In this document: piece by piece, positions 42,810-56,308 of the stretch
How positions within the stretch are numbered: the first letter of the stretch is position 1
Layout of the letters: every line of letters begins with the position of its first letter
Assembly (NCBI RefSeq): GCF_009914755.1
Contig: NC_060925.1
Length of the DNA: 64,000 bases
Strand: one strand, 5' to 3'
Origin: the human T2T-CHM13v2.0 reference genome, Homo sapiens
Notes under the pieces: generated by a model
The model's input: only the letters and a program-made list of their open reading frames with translations
Databases searched by the model: none
Told to the model about the DNA's origin: nothing
Position numbers and translations under genes: made by a program

Positions 42810-43080
42810 AGAGGTTTAGGACTAGATGAAGCTTTCCTTACAGGTTCTTTGGTTCTTCATTTTACAGATGAGAAGACTGAAGCCCAAATTAATTCAGCAC
42901 ATGTCCAAAAGGATTACTATTTAACATTCACCAAGTTCATATTTGTAAAAGACCTAGAAGAGTATTGGGACAAAGTGTGGATGTCATAGTAGTTAAGTGA
43001 CTTGTCCAAAGGCCTATGGCCCAGAAATGGCTGAAGTTATGACCGAAATCCCTAAATTGATCATTCAGTCCATGCACCAT
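42810..43080 (-). mobile_element. MIR
   Basis: cattttacagatgagaagactgaagccca...gttaagtgacttgtccaaagg MIR core. Confidence 0.7.
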
Positions 43081-45191
43081 TTTGCCTTCTCTAATCCCCT
43101 GGAAAAAAAAATGCATTTTCTAGCAGTCATTCTGTTCTGAAGGAACATTTGAAAGGGGTGGAAGGGAACCAAGTAAAGACATAAACAAGGGTAGATACAG
43201 AGATAAGGTGATAAATATTGTTTGAAATCTGAAAGGTGATCACAAAATGCAAAAGGATATAAGAGGTTGAGAGCTGTGCTATGAGCTGGGATAGTTCTGG
43301 GCTGTGTAAAACTGTGTGTATTGAATACCTACTTACTCCTTGTTACTAGCGCTTCTCCTTTGGTTATCTTGATATGTATTTTTGACAAATACAGATAAAA
43401 TAATAAAAGAGGCAGCCTTCTCTTAAGAAACTCATCTCTTAAGAGACAGGCATGAGAATGAAGCAGAATTCAGTGCGTTCAGTACTCTGCAGATAGTTAC
43501 ACAGTGAGGCCACACAGAGATCTTATCTCTGGTCTAATCTCTCCTGGGGCAGAAAGATCTGGTCAGAGTGAGAGACTGTAGTGTGTAAAGAACACCCCAG
43601 GGAAAGAGAAAATGGTGTTACCTCCCCTCTGGGTTGCTCTGGACAGAGGTAAAGACAGCGTCCCTGTGCTCTGGTGCTGGGTCATGCCCAAGAAAGTGCT
43701 AGAAGCATGGGGAGCCCAGGAAACAACTAGACCACCAGCCTGGGGCTTCTAAAATATGCAACTAACTTCTGGTAGCATCAGAGAATGAGGGTCTCCCCAC
43801 AAGGCAGACAGGCAGACAGGGCTCTTCTGAAATTTCTACAAGGACTGAGTGGTTTGTAAAGAAAGCAGTCTCGTTCCTTCCATTTAGGGAGCAGTGAGCG
43901 CACATTCATGTTGCAGAAGCTTCCTCCTAGCAAGCTGCCTTTCACCTACTTCCCCTGTGTCCACTTGAGAGTGGATTCCAACTCCTGTTCCCAGAGGCTC
44001 AGGACCAGAGGCACTGATACCAGCTGGGTAGAGCGAAGCCACCATCGGGCCTCCCTAACGCATTACGCTAGTCACAGATGAGGGGCAGTGAACCCTCAAC
44101 CTTCCGCATTTTGACTTCAAATGCACCTCCCCTCCTGGGAAAAGAATTTGATTTTGTTTCCTGAGGCCTGGTGTCACAGGTGATGGGGCTGTGCTAGCAG
44201 AGACTGAGAAGGGAAAAGAAATGGGGAGTGAGAAAGAGAAGGAAGGGCCCTGAGGCCTGAGAAGGCAGCAGTGGACTCGGGCGCCTCCAGGATGCTGTGA
44301 CTCAGTTACACCATGAGAGTCTCACAGAGCGCAGGGCATTAAACAGCCCCTACTAAAATGATCCTGCCTCCTTTGTCAGTCCTAGCTGCCAGGTTCCCCA
44401 GTGCCAGAGCCTGCCATCGTAAAAACTCACTGAAGAATGCAGTGGCAAAGGGCAAAACGTCATAAGTCACGATCCCGAGGGCCCCAGGTTTACACAGTAT
44501 CACCGTGAGGTCCTGAGGCTGCACGTGAAGCAAGCATCTTCCTTGTTTTGTCTACCTTTATCTGCGAGCTGGACAAAGGTGTTCCTGAAGGGGTAGCCTC
44601 AACCAAAAATGACAGAAGACAGTGTGGCAGCTGGATGGCTCTTAGAGATTGGCTAGCCCACCTACCCTCACTGACCCACATTTTAAGAGGAAGAAGCCGA
44701 GGCCTCAACAGCCAAAGACACTTGCATGGGTCAAGCCAATCACGCTGGAGTCTGTGTTTACGCCAGGTGAACAGACTTCTCGGCCTGTGCTCGTCCGGCG
44801 AAGCCCAGCAGCTCCCGCCTCCTAAATGTGTCCCCCACATTATACCTCAGTATGCTATGAGGAAAGACGCAAGGTGCTCTCCATACAATCACCTCTACTT
44901 TTCAGATAGGAAACAGAGGTCCCACCCAGGTCACAAATGGTGCCAGAGCTAGAATTCGGGTTTTCAGATTTCTTGCCTAGTGCTCCTTTTACTAAATGAC
45001 ATGATCTCCCTCAGGAAATGTCCTCACAGCCCAAGCCAGCCCCTGCTTGTTTTCATCATCCAACAAGGCAAAACATTCAAAACTTTGACCAGACGATGGG
45101 AGACAGACGGGCTCCCCTAAGATGCCGCACAGGCCCTGCAGGAAAGCACTCCCAGGGTAAGGGGTGAGGCCAGAGGCTGGTGAGTCTTTAC

Positions 45192-45323
45192 CTTCAAATG
45201 CCCGTGCAGCATCCACGAGGTGGGTCCAATCTAACCCTGTGGCTGTGTCCGGGAGGGGCATCAGGCCAGGATCTGCGCACTTGGACTTATCTGATAAGGA
45301 CCCATCGGAGAACCAGAACTCAT
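45192..45323 (-). CDS. SIPA1L2: SIPA1L2 coding exon (132 nt): (N)[43 protein letters not shown]
   Basis: Acceptor tttctgtttag|AT, donor GAAG|gtaaag; phase 1/1; contains the family motif LMPLPDT..LDW.HLVDAA.AFE. Confidence 0.96.
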
Positions 45324-45339
45324 CTAAACAGAAACAAAA

Positions 45340-45815
45340 CCAGAGAGTCAGTCATCAGTCACAGCACAGGCACCAGCCCAGAGTGAGTCAGAACATGGGC
45401 ACCACTGCCCCTCCCAGAGTCAGTCAGTCAGAACACGGGCACCACTGCCCCCTCCCAGAGTCAGTCAGAACACGGGCACCACTGTCCCTCCCAGAGTCAG
45501 TCAGTCAGAACACGGGCACCACTGTCCCTCCCAGAGTCAGTCAGAACACGGGCACCACTGTCCCTCCCAGAGTCAGTCAGAACACGGGCACCACTGCCCC
45601 TCCCAGAGTCAGTCAGTCAGAACACGGGCACCACTGTCCCTCCCAGAGTCAGTCAGAACACGGGCACCACTGTCCCTCCCAGAGTCAGTCAGTCAGAACA
45701 CGGGCACCACTGTCCCTCCCAGAGTCAGTCAGGAGTCAGTCAGTCGGAGCACAGCACAGGCAATGCTATCCCCTCCCAGTGAGTCAGTCAGCACAGGAAC
45801 CACCATCCCCTCCCA
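45340..45815. repeat. Minisatellite/VNTR, 36-40 bp unit, 9 core copies plus degenerate flanking copies
   Basis: Unit GAACACGGGCACCACTGYCCCTCCCAGA(GTCA)2-3; cores at 45391, 45431, 45468, 45508, 45544, 45580, 45620, 45656 and 45696. Confidence 0.97.
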
Positions 45816-48800
45816 AAGTGGCCAAGATAATTTTTCCTGCTCTTAATGGAAAAAGAAAACATGAGGCTGCAGTTGCCCAAAAGGGATCTAGCTGGAAAAA
45901 TGGAGGTTTGTAAAAAGCAGGCGAGTCTGCACTAGTGAGAGGTTGGCCAGCATGTAAGGGCAGGGATGGCAGGAAGATTAGAATCAAGCCTCTGTACACT
46001 ATTGTAATTTCGCGGTTTTCTTCCAGGGGGCTTCTTTTGAGTACATCCAGGTCTGACTATTGCAAGACAAATCCTCATTTTCTTCAGGGGAGACCTTCCT
46101 CTTTTTAAAAGTGTTGCAGGGTTTACGTTGCTGTAAGAAGTATTGGAGCAATCTCCATCCTGATTCATAAAGCTTACTGAGGAACACTTCTAAGCTGAGC
46201 ACCACAAACTTGAGATGCCTCAAATACCAATTGATTATAAAAATGTAGTAAGACCAACTTTGCTTTTATCAATACATGAGATTGAGGATGCTATTTGATA
46301 TACAAAGCACACACATAGTGGTTGGATTACCTTTCTGACTTAGTAAGGTAGTTTTATCAATGGCTAAAGCAGAAACCACTCACCCACCCTGTATTCAATG
46401 TTGGGTGGTTTTCCTTTGGCTATGAATGGACCTTTTCCATTTCTTTTTCTCCTTAAACTCTCATCAAGGTACTTAAGTGTTTATGTCATTAATAATACTC
46501 GTTGTTAAGAACTTATTACGCATCTGAGGACAAGTTCTAAAAAGGCTTCAACTGGACTTTAATGTGCCTTTTCTGAACCTGCCCAGAACACTGCATGCAG
46601 CTGCTTGTGAACACATCTGACTAATTAGACCAATCAAAATAATGACCACCTGGCTGTTTGAGCCTGCAATTATGTTAAGTAAGGGGGCATAATTAACCAA
46701 ATGCACCTGTAATTTTTATTCCCACATCCTTTTGGGTAGCTGTGAAATGCTGGCATCTGGACTAAGACAGCTAGTAAATTTGGCCTTGAAGGAGACCGAC
46801 AGACTTTTTTGAGACTCTGGACAAATGCAGCTCTTACCAGATCTCTAACAGTTACAGCTACGCCAATTTTCCATGCTACCTACCACCTTTAGAAGTTGGG
46901 GTAATATTCCACCTAATTATTCCCTGCCTCTATTTTGAAGGGAACCCAGTAATGGATATATTGTCCACATTGTTTCCACCCTCCCTTCTCCACATGCTCT
47001 TCTTTGAAACAACACTGGTTCTTCCTTATTCTACTTGTTCTGTGTGTGATGTGCTTGTCCTTGCCAAGAGGTTAACCAGCAGAGGAGGGAAGCAGCAACG
47101 CAGGAGTGGGAGGTGGGAAGGAGGGCACGCAGCACTCACTGTTTCCCAGGAGCATCCTTGCTCCCTACTGGGCAAAGACTGGGCTGAACTGGCTGTCGGG
47201 TCCTGTCTCAGTTGCTTAGGAAGAAAGGGTTCCAGAAAGGTAAAGAAAGACCCTCAAGCAGAAAGGTAAAGAAGCCCAGGAATCTTCCTTCACTTAAAAA
47301 ACACTTCCTTCTCTCTCTGCAACTCATATGCTGCTTTGCTCAAGGCAAGTTTTCTGCACCGAGTGTAAAGAAATTAAATATGGAGGCAGCAATTACTTTT
47401 GTCACTGATTTCCACATGGCTGGGCTCTTCGGGAAACGGTGCAAGAGCGGCATAGCTCTGTGAGGGCCGCGGAGGTCAGGCAGGCTGGAATCTGGGCCCA
47501 CTGCAGCACTGTCCTCCCTCCTTCCCTCACTGGAGGGGAAGCATCAGGGAGCGGAATGGAATTCTATTCAGATATACGGCCATTTCTACAGAAAGTACAT
47601 TCTGTTCATCATGTTTTACTAAGAAATGCCAACTCGTGAATTTTCCTTGTGTTTATAAAGAAACAATCCTTCATTCCAGCTTCTGGCATTCTTGAAGGCT
47701 AAAATCAAGCCTAACACACATTCTATGTGCTACTTTTCCCCCTAAGACCACTATACAACAAGATCCTTACTTGGCGATAACAGGAGACAGGAAAAGAGAA
47801 AAATAACACAGTAGACAAGAGGGGTAAAATGCAATGAGAACAGAGGGGATGGCGGCCAGTGCCCTGATTCACAAGCTGGGATGTGAGATTAATGTCCCTT
47901 GCTTCCCCTTCCCCTGGTCCCTCCTGCAGCTGTGTGCATCTTTCCCCAGTACTCAATAGAGTGGTTTCCTGACAGTCTTGAGTGAAATAAGCTCTGACAA
48001 TTCCTAAGCACCTCTAAAGTTCCTGATACGTGGCCATTCATAATTTTGCCAAGGCACAAACATGAATCTTTGTGGCCCACAGTGCGTGAGTGGGCCCGGC
48101 TGCCCACGGAGCAGGCCAGCCAACCAGCTCTGAAGGTCTCTGCCTGCTACCCCCTACGCAATGCATGCAGAGACCCCACACAATGTGGCACTAATGGCTC
48201 TCGGATCTGAGATGGTTTCGGGGTGTATATTTCACAACCAAAGGCAAGCCCAGACAACCCCTCACCACTTTTAATTTGTATGGCTGGCCAAGCAGGGAGC
48301 AGAAGCAAAGGACATTTGTTGGTGACATTTTTTCTTTATTACAAAATATTGTCCCCCCTCCTCCAGTGGTGAATGGGACTTCTATTTGATACTGCAGAAC
48401 TGGCAAAGAAGGTTAGCACAGATGAGATGTCTCCTTTTCTCATGAGTTTACCTGAAGCACTGTCCACTCAGCAGTCTACCACAATGTATTTGATAAGTGA
48501 CTACTGCCTGCCACGTGATGGGGGCACAACAGTGGGTAGGGCAGACAAGGCCCTGCTCTCATGAAGCTTTACATCAAAGAAAAGACAATAAATGAATAAA
48601 CAAGAAAATACAAGGAGTGATTAAGTCTTCTGCAGAAAGCAAAACAGGGTGATGTGACTGTGAAGCTTGGTGGCACATTTGGGGGAGGCCTGTCCAAGGA
48701 GGGGACACTTGGCTGAGACACAAATGATGAGAAGCTTCTTAATGAAGAGCATAGTTTAGGAATAAAAGCTATGAAAATATGGGGATTTAAATCTAAAATC

Positions 48801-48978
48801 CATCATTTTTCCATAAGCAGGAAGACTTCCAATGGCAGTCTTGTTAGACAAAGAGCCACCTATAGATCTCCATGAATAATCAACATGAAAAACACATACA
48901 TTTTCTTTTCCATTGATTAGAATATCATGTAACTGGGAAAATTACTATTCTGTTTTTGTTTTTGTTTTTTTGAGTCTC

Positions 48979-49388
48979 TGACATGGTCCGGATGTTGTCC
49001 CCTCTAAATCTCATGTTGAAATGTAATTCCCAGTGTTGAAGGTAGGGCCTCGTGGAAGGTGTTTGAGTCATGGGTGGATCCCTCATGGCTTGATGCTATT
49101 CTCATGATAATGAGTGAGTTCTTGTGAGAGTGAGTTCTCGTGAGATCTGGTTGAGTGTGGCATCTCGCCATGGACTCTGTCTTGCTCCCTCTCTTGCTAT
49201 GTGACACTCCTGCTCCCCCCTCTACCTTCCACCATGACTGTAAGCTTCCTGAGGCCCTCACCAGAAGCTGATGCCAGCACTATGCTTCCTGAACAGCCTG
49301 AAGAACCAAAAGCCAATTAAATCTCTTTTCTTATAAATTACCCAGCCCCAGATATTTCTTTATAGCAATGCAAGAACAGCCTAACACA
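48979..49388 (+). mobile_element. MSTA/MSTB solo LTR (ERVL-MaLR)
   Basis: TG...aaatctcatgttgaaatgtaattcccagtgttg...tttctttatagcaatgcaagaacagcctaacaCA. Confidence 0.92.
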
Positions 49389-49557
49389 GATTCTAAACTA
49401 GCCAAAATTATATGCAATACTTTTATCACTACCCCCATCACCCAGATGATGTTTACCGAGCATCTTCTATATTCCAGGAACTACTGGGTACTACATCAGA
49501 ACCTAGGGAGAGAATAACTAGTAAGACACAAGTTCTATCCTTCAAAGAGCCCTGTCA

Positions 49558-50024
<467 letters not shown>

Positions 50025-50135
50025 TTATACGAAAGGCATCATTTGCCTCAGGTATCAAAGCCTGTTATTTTAAATCCAGCTCTCCCAAGCCTCAGGAGCC
50101 CGTACAACTCTTCTGGCCAATTAAGACAAGACTGT

Positions 50136-50673
<538 letters not shown>

Positions 50674-52539
50674 TTAAAAAACAGGAGAGAGGGGAGGACA
50701 CTGTCTGAAAGCATTTTTTGGGCACAGTTGGGTAGATGCCATCCTACCTCACTTCTGGAGAAGACACTTCTCCGTGCTCACAATTCTTACTGCCCATGTT
50801 GCATACGGACCTAAGTCAGCCTTTCGAGAGACTCATGAATTCTGAAAGGGGGGTAGTATCAGGGAACCACTGCCTGCGCACCTGCTCTGGCTTGCGCACC
50901 TGCTCAAGCGACATTGATCTTGTGGCTTCCCGTCTGTTTACCCAAAACCTGAAATCACAGTAACCATCTTTACTGAGTCTGAGTTTATTGCTATTATTAT
51001 AAATGCCAAGGAGCCTCTCAACAGCATTTCCTGGTGGTCAGATATCTGAGGTTTCACAATTACACTTTTCAGAAACCGATGTTTATTACAGGGAAGACTG
51101 AGGACATTTGAAAAAAGAGAAAGAAGTATTACACTGAATAACACTGCCTAGTCAAATACTGAATAGTCAAAACCCTGTTTGCAGATGGATGGATACCTTG
51201 CCATGCCACCCTTGGCAAAGATTCTTCCTCTGGTGGTTGGTAGTCCTTATCATCTACAACACAAAACCACCGAGGCTACACATGTGGTCTGAAGCAACAT
51301 GTGCAAGTATTACATTATAACTAAAATACCAGTTTATTTTATTTATTCTAAACTCTCCCACTCTCCCACTTTTTAACTTCAAGGGGCATTCTTTGTGATG
51401 TGCGTAGGTCAGAACTATAGGATTTGAAACCACACATAATATTCTCTATTTTCATTTTTGAAATCTAAGAATTCTCATCAGTCCATTCTGATAGGAAGAT
51501 TTCAGAGTTTTGATCTCCGTTCCATAAAAAACCAAAAAATTATCTTTAAGCCTGTGAGCCTGCCAATGCTTGGGATTGTGCTGAATGAACCCAGGTGTCT
51601 ACCTGCCAAGGAATAAAAGGAAAATATGACTGCTTTTCAGTGTCACTGGTTATGTGGCCTGTGAACTGTGTGTTCAAAAGCCCACTGTCATTTTTTTTTC
51701 TCACCTGGGCCCTTAAATAAATTTTCTTCTGCAATCTACCAATGACAAAAACAAAGGTCCTAAAGGCAAGGCAGAAATGTTTCAGAAATATTCTCAACTG
51801 CTGGATCAGGTGATATTTGCATACCTCCAAGTTGAAGACATAAAGATACAGCACATTGCAGTGACTTCACAGGAAATATACATGAATCATGACATGAATT
51901 ACATCCAAAATGAGCTTGTTAAGTATGAAGATTAAGATCTTAGTCTCAAGAGAAGAAAGATTGAGACAGATTCAAATCTGTAACTTTTAAAAGCTAAAAA
52001 TACCTGAAAGAGAAGCCTGTGACTATGATAATTACATGTAGAAAAGGTGCAGAGATTAGGTCTTCCAATATTCACTGGGAAGAGATGGGCAGTTACTGGT
52101 GCTTTGCCCTGCTACCCTCCCTCCAAATTATAAACAAAATCTGATTGAGTCTCTCCTGGTGAAAGATTCTCTTTTCCCTAGGAATGCTCTATGTTTTAAA
52201 GTTTAAAAGAAGAGTATCTGTGCTTTCTGAGTTTTCTGCCCAACTCTATCTACACAGCAATTCAAAACCATCTGGAACCAACCTCTGCTCCAAGTTTTGA
52301 AGTGAAGCTATATCTCTCTGAGAAACTAAGAGAAACTACTGGGCAACTTCAAATATTCCTCATTTCTCGCTCAAAGACATCTTCTGGGCATTAACACTCA
52401 CATTTCAGCTTTTTGGGCTGCTCTAGTTTTTGACTGTCAAACTATTCTTAAAGAGTGGTATCTTCTTAGAGAGGGTCTACAGAATGGCCAGAAACCATAG
52501 AAAGAAGAGGATTATTAAAACCTGTCTTGAGTAGATCTT

Positions 52540-52908
52540 AATGGTGCAAAAGTGATACATACTCGGTAGAAATCATAATTCAAATTTTGAATTTTGAACT
52601 TTTCCCTGGCTAGTGATAGGCGGTATGACACTCTGTCGCAATGCTGAACTGGCAGTGAGTCACAGCTCCCAGTCAGCCACGCACGAGATTCCATGGGTAA
52701 ATAACTGATATTGTATAGTGTATTGTGTTGCAAGATGATTTTGCCCAATTAGAGGCTAATGCAAGTGTGCTGAGTACGTTTAAGGTAGGCTAGGAAATGC
52801 TATGATGTTCAGTAGGTTAGGTCGCCATATACGTGGTCAACTTACAATATTTTCAACTTATGGTGGGTTTATCTGGACATGGCCCCATCGTAAGTCAAGG
52901 AGCATCTA
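52540..52908 (-). mobile_element. MER47B/Tigger5-family DNA transposon
   Basis: Minus strand starts AGATGCTCCTTGACTTACGATGGGG and contains gtggctgactgggagctg. Confidence 0.82.
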
Positions 52909-53329
52909 TAATCACATAGGCGATTGTGGTAGTCAGAAGGCCAGGGAACTAGAGGCCTCCAAACAATTAGATTCTGGAAGCTTAAACTTTCCATGGACAG
53001 GAGGTTGGAAATCAGAAGTCTTTAGGGGAATACACTTCAATACAAATTACCTCCAGTTTTCTGATTTATATTTTGTTAGTTCATCCATCAAGCCTAGAGA
53101 ACTTTTTCCGAGTAGTTTCTTAAGTGTAGCTATTGGAGGAGATGTATCACCAAATAAGAAGGTTTCTTTAAAGAGAGCAAATGGCAAGGAAAACTCTTAG
53201 TGCTTTTTCTAGAGAAGTAAAAATGAAGACAAGTGAGGCAGTTTTCAGCTAGGACAGTGAATGAACAGTATAACTTGACTGTTTCCTAATTGTGCCTTTG
53301 AACACATTAAAAAAGGATACAGTTCTCCA

Positions 53330-53931
53330 GTATATGACTAAACAAACTACGGTACATCTAGATGACGCAATATTATTCAGCTGTAAAAAGAAATGAGCTA
53401 TCAAACCATGAAAAGACATGGAGGAAGTTGAATGCTTATTACTAAGTAGAAGAGGCCAGTCTGAAAAGGCTGCATACTGCATGATTCCAACTATACGACA
53501 TTCTAGAAAAGGCAAAACAATGGAAATAGTAAAAAGATTAGTGGTTGCCAGGAGCTAGAGGGGAGGGAGGGATGAACACGCAGAGCACAGAGGATTTTTA
53601 GGGCAGTGTAACTACTCTGAATGATACTGTAATGGCGGATACATGTCATCTTACACATTTTAGAAACACACAGAATGTACACCACCAGGAACGAACCCTA
53701 ATGTAAACCAGGGCCTTTGGGTGATAAGGATCTGTCCACATAGGTTCATCGATTATAACACATGTACCACTGCCACTCTTTGAGGGCAGGGGTTTGTTGA
53801 CAGTGGGGAAAATGTGTTGAGGAGGTATATGGAAAACCCCTGTATTTTTTGGTGTGAACCTAAAACTGCTCTAAGAAGTCTATTTTTTTTTAAGTGAAGC
53901 TAACAAAAAAAAAAAAAAAAAAAAAAAAAAA
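53330..53931 (+). mobile_element. L1MC-like 3' end with adjacent A27 tract
   Basis: gaaatgagctatcaaaccatgaaaagacatggagg...gaaaaggctgcatactgcatgattccaac. Confidence 0.88.
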
Positions 53932-55171
53932 GGACATACATCTTTCACCTGGAAACAAAATGAAGGGTAGAATGTAAGACCAACATAACACACGTACCAC
54001 AGAGAGTTCACAAGCACACTTCAAACACTGTAAATGAAATAACACTTGCAGGAAAATAGAGGTTCATTGGTTTTACAAAAGCTTTTAAGAGGACATTGAA
54101 GTTACCTTTTACAAAAAAGAGAAAACAGCTGGAGAAATATTAGGAAAGTGGCCTAGGTCTGGCTGACCTTTCACATGGTTGTCAAGAAGGCGTTTAAAGG
54201 TTTCTTCAATTTAGGTAAATGGACTCTTTATAACAGGCAGGTTATTATGTTACTTAAAGAAGTAGATTAAGAATTTTATGAGATAAGGTTCATTTCCAAT
54301 TATGTTAAACATTGGAAATATTATTAGAACTTTGATTTCATTTAGCCTGGGACTTCTAAGTGTATTATGAAGTTCGAATTGGTTCTAAAGATATTTTCTG
54401 TGATGAAATGAAAAAAAACTTGGCAATGAATAGATTTCTGATTAAATTCCCATTTTTTCTGTACAAAAATAACTATGTATAAAGGAAATAAGGCTAACAT
54501 AAAAAAAAGTGCCCTTAAAAACTGACATTAATGAAGACTTGACACTACATAAAAATCAAAGATTTTTAGGATTTGAAGGAAAATCATCTAGAAATCGTCA
54601 GGTTGACCTGTGACTAGTAAGTTGAAATAAGCGGGGACACAAGAGAACACACGTCATCTGCACAGGAACACAAAGCCGCCCACGGGTAAAGCCCAGTCTA
54701 CAAGCCAGGTCTCCCGAGGCACACGTGCCACCTCCCCATCTCCAGGTACTGAACTGCACGAAGAAACTGAAGGCTAGAAAACCAGATGTCCCTCCTTGCT
54801 GTCACCCACTGGAAAACCCACTCCTTACATCAGTCTTTTCTTTTTTTTTTTTTAAATCAGGCTAAAGACATTTTTTTCCTTTATAGATATGATAGCTGAG
54901 ATATGATGCAGAAGTCACTATTGGACTTGACAGAAATATCTAACATGAGTTTCTCAATTGCTTTCAAAATAGGTAGTGTTACCTAACTTTTTCAAAATGT
55001 CCACTCTGGGGCTTCTATATTTGAAAATTATTTAAAACACCAAATAATATATATTTAATAAAAACAAAAACAAACTCCTAAATCACTCCACCCTCAGAGC
55101 TCAATGAGGCAGGAGTTGTGCGATCAGCCCACCCTCGGCGCTGGCCAGGGAGCAGCCAGCCCCTCACTTAC

Positions 55172-55391
55172 TTCTCAGGCTCCCCATGCTGGGTGCGGGG
55201 TGGGCCCGCGGAGGCAGCGTGCTGTGGTAGGGTGGGGTGGTGCTGAACAGAATGTCGTTGGGCAGGGCCTGGTCAAGCACGGAACTCCGGGAACTGCCAA
55301 AGGAGGACCCCCTCCTGTTGCTGCAGATGCTCTCGTCAGACAGCGTGCGGTAAAGCGACCTCCTTGGAGACAGGTTCCCATAGAACGAAAA
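55172..55391 (-). CDS. SIPA1L2: SIPA1L2 coding exon (220 nt): FSFYGNLSPRRSLYRTLSDESICSNRRGSS...PSMGSLR
   Basis: Acceptor aaaccctag|TTT, donor AGAA|gtaagt; phase 0/1; contains the LYRTLSDES motif typical of SIPA1L proteins. Confidence 0.95.
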
Positions 55392-55961
55392 CTAGGGTTT
55401 AAACAAGGTGCGAGGAGGGAACAGACATTAAAAAAACGAATGCACGGGGCTTGTTGGACTAAGTCCAGTGGTTTCACATACTATTGTGATAGCTTCTTTG
55501 AGTTTTCTCTGTTAGCTCAAGAATGCCAAACGCAGCATGCAGGGGATCAAGGCAAATACACCAGGGCTTGGGTGCAGTTATTAGATTTTATGTTTTCCTC
55601 CTTTGACATTCTATGAAATATTATCATGAATTAGACATGCACAGCTTTATTAACTCTGAAATGTTAAATAAAACCTCCATAACCTTATAGCAGTGATAGT
55701 TCCTGGAGCTATATAAGGTTGCCATTTCAGGCAATAGTTATTCAAAGCTCCACATAATACTGGTTTGATTTTAATTTGAAATGACTACATTGTAATATTA
55801 GGCAATTTCTCTACCAATCAACTACATGTGAGGTTCAATCTAATCTAAATAATAATAAGACTAATTGTGAACATTGAAGCTTTGCCGGCCACATAAACAC
55901 ATTTCCAAAAATCAGCAGCAGTCCAATAAAGTCTTACTGTCCACTTAAAAGTGTCACTTGT

Positions 55962-56308
<347 letters not shown>

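Noticed and set aside
45340-45815. CRISPR-like appearance (36-40 bp periodicity)
   Set aside because: Units are contiguous with no unique spacers, there are no cas genes, and the context is a mammalian intron.
45164-45913. 249-aa plus-strand ORF, the longest in the track
   Set aside because: It is a translation of the stop-free VNTR, antisense to a real exon, with a non-ATG start and repetitive peptide.
55104-55616. 170-aa plus-strand ORF
   Set aside because: Antisense shadow of the GC-rich SIPA1L2 exon at 55172-55391.
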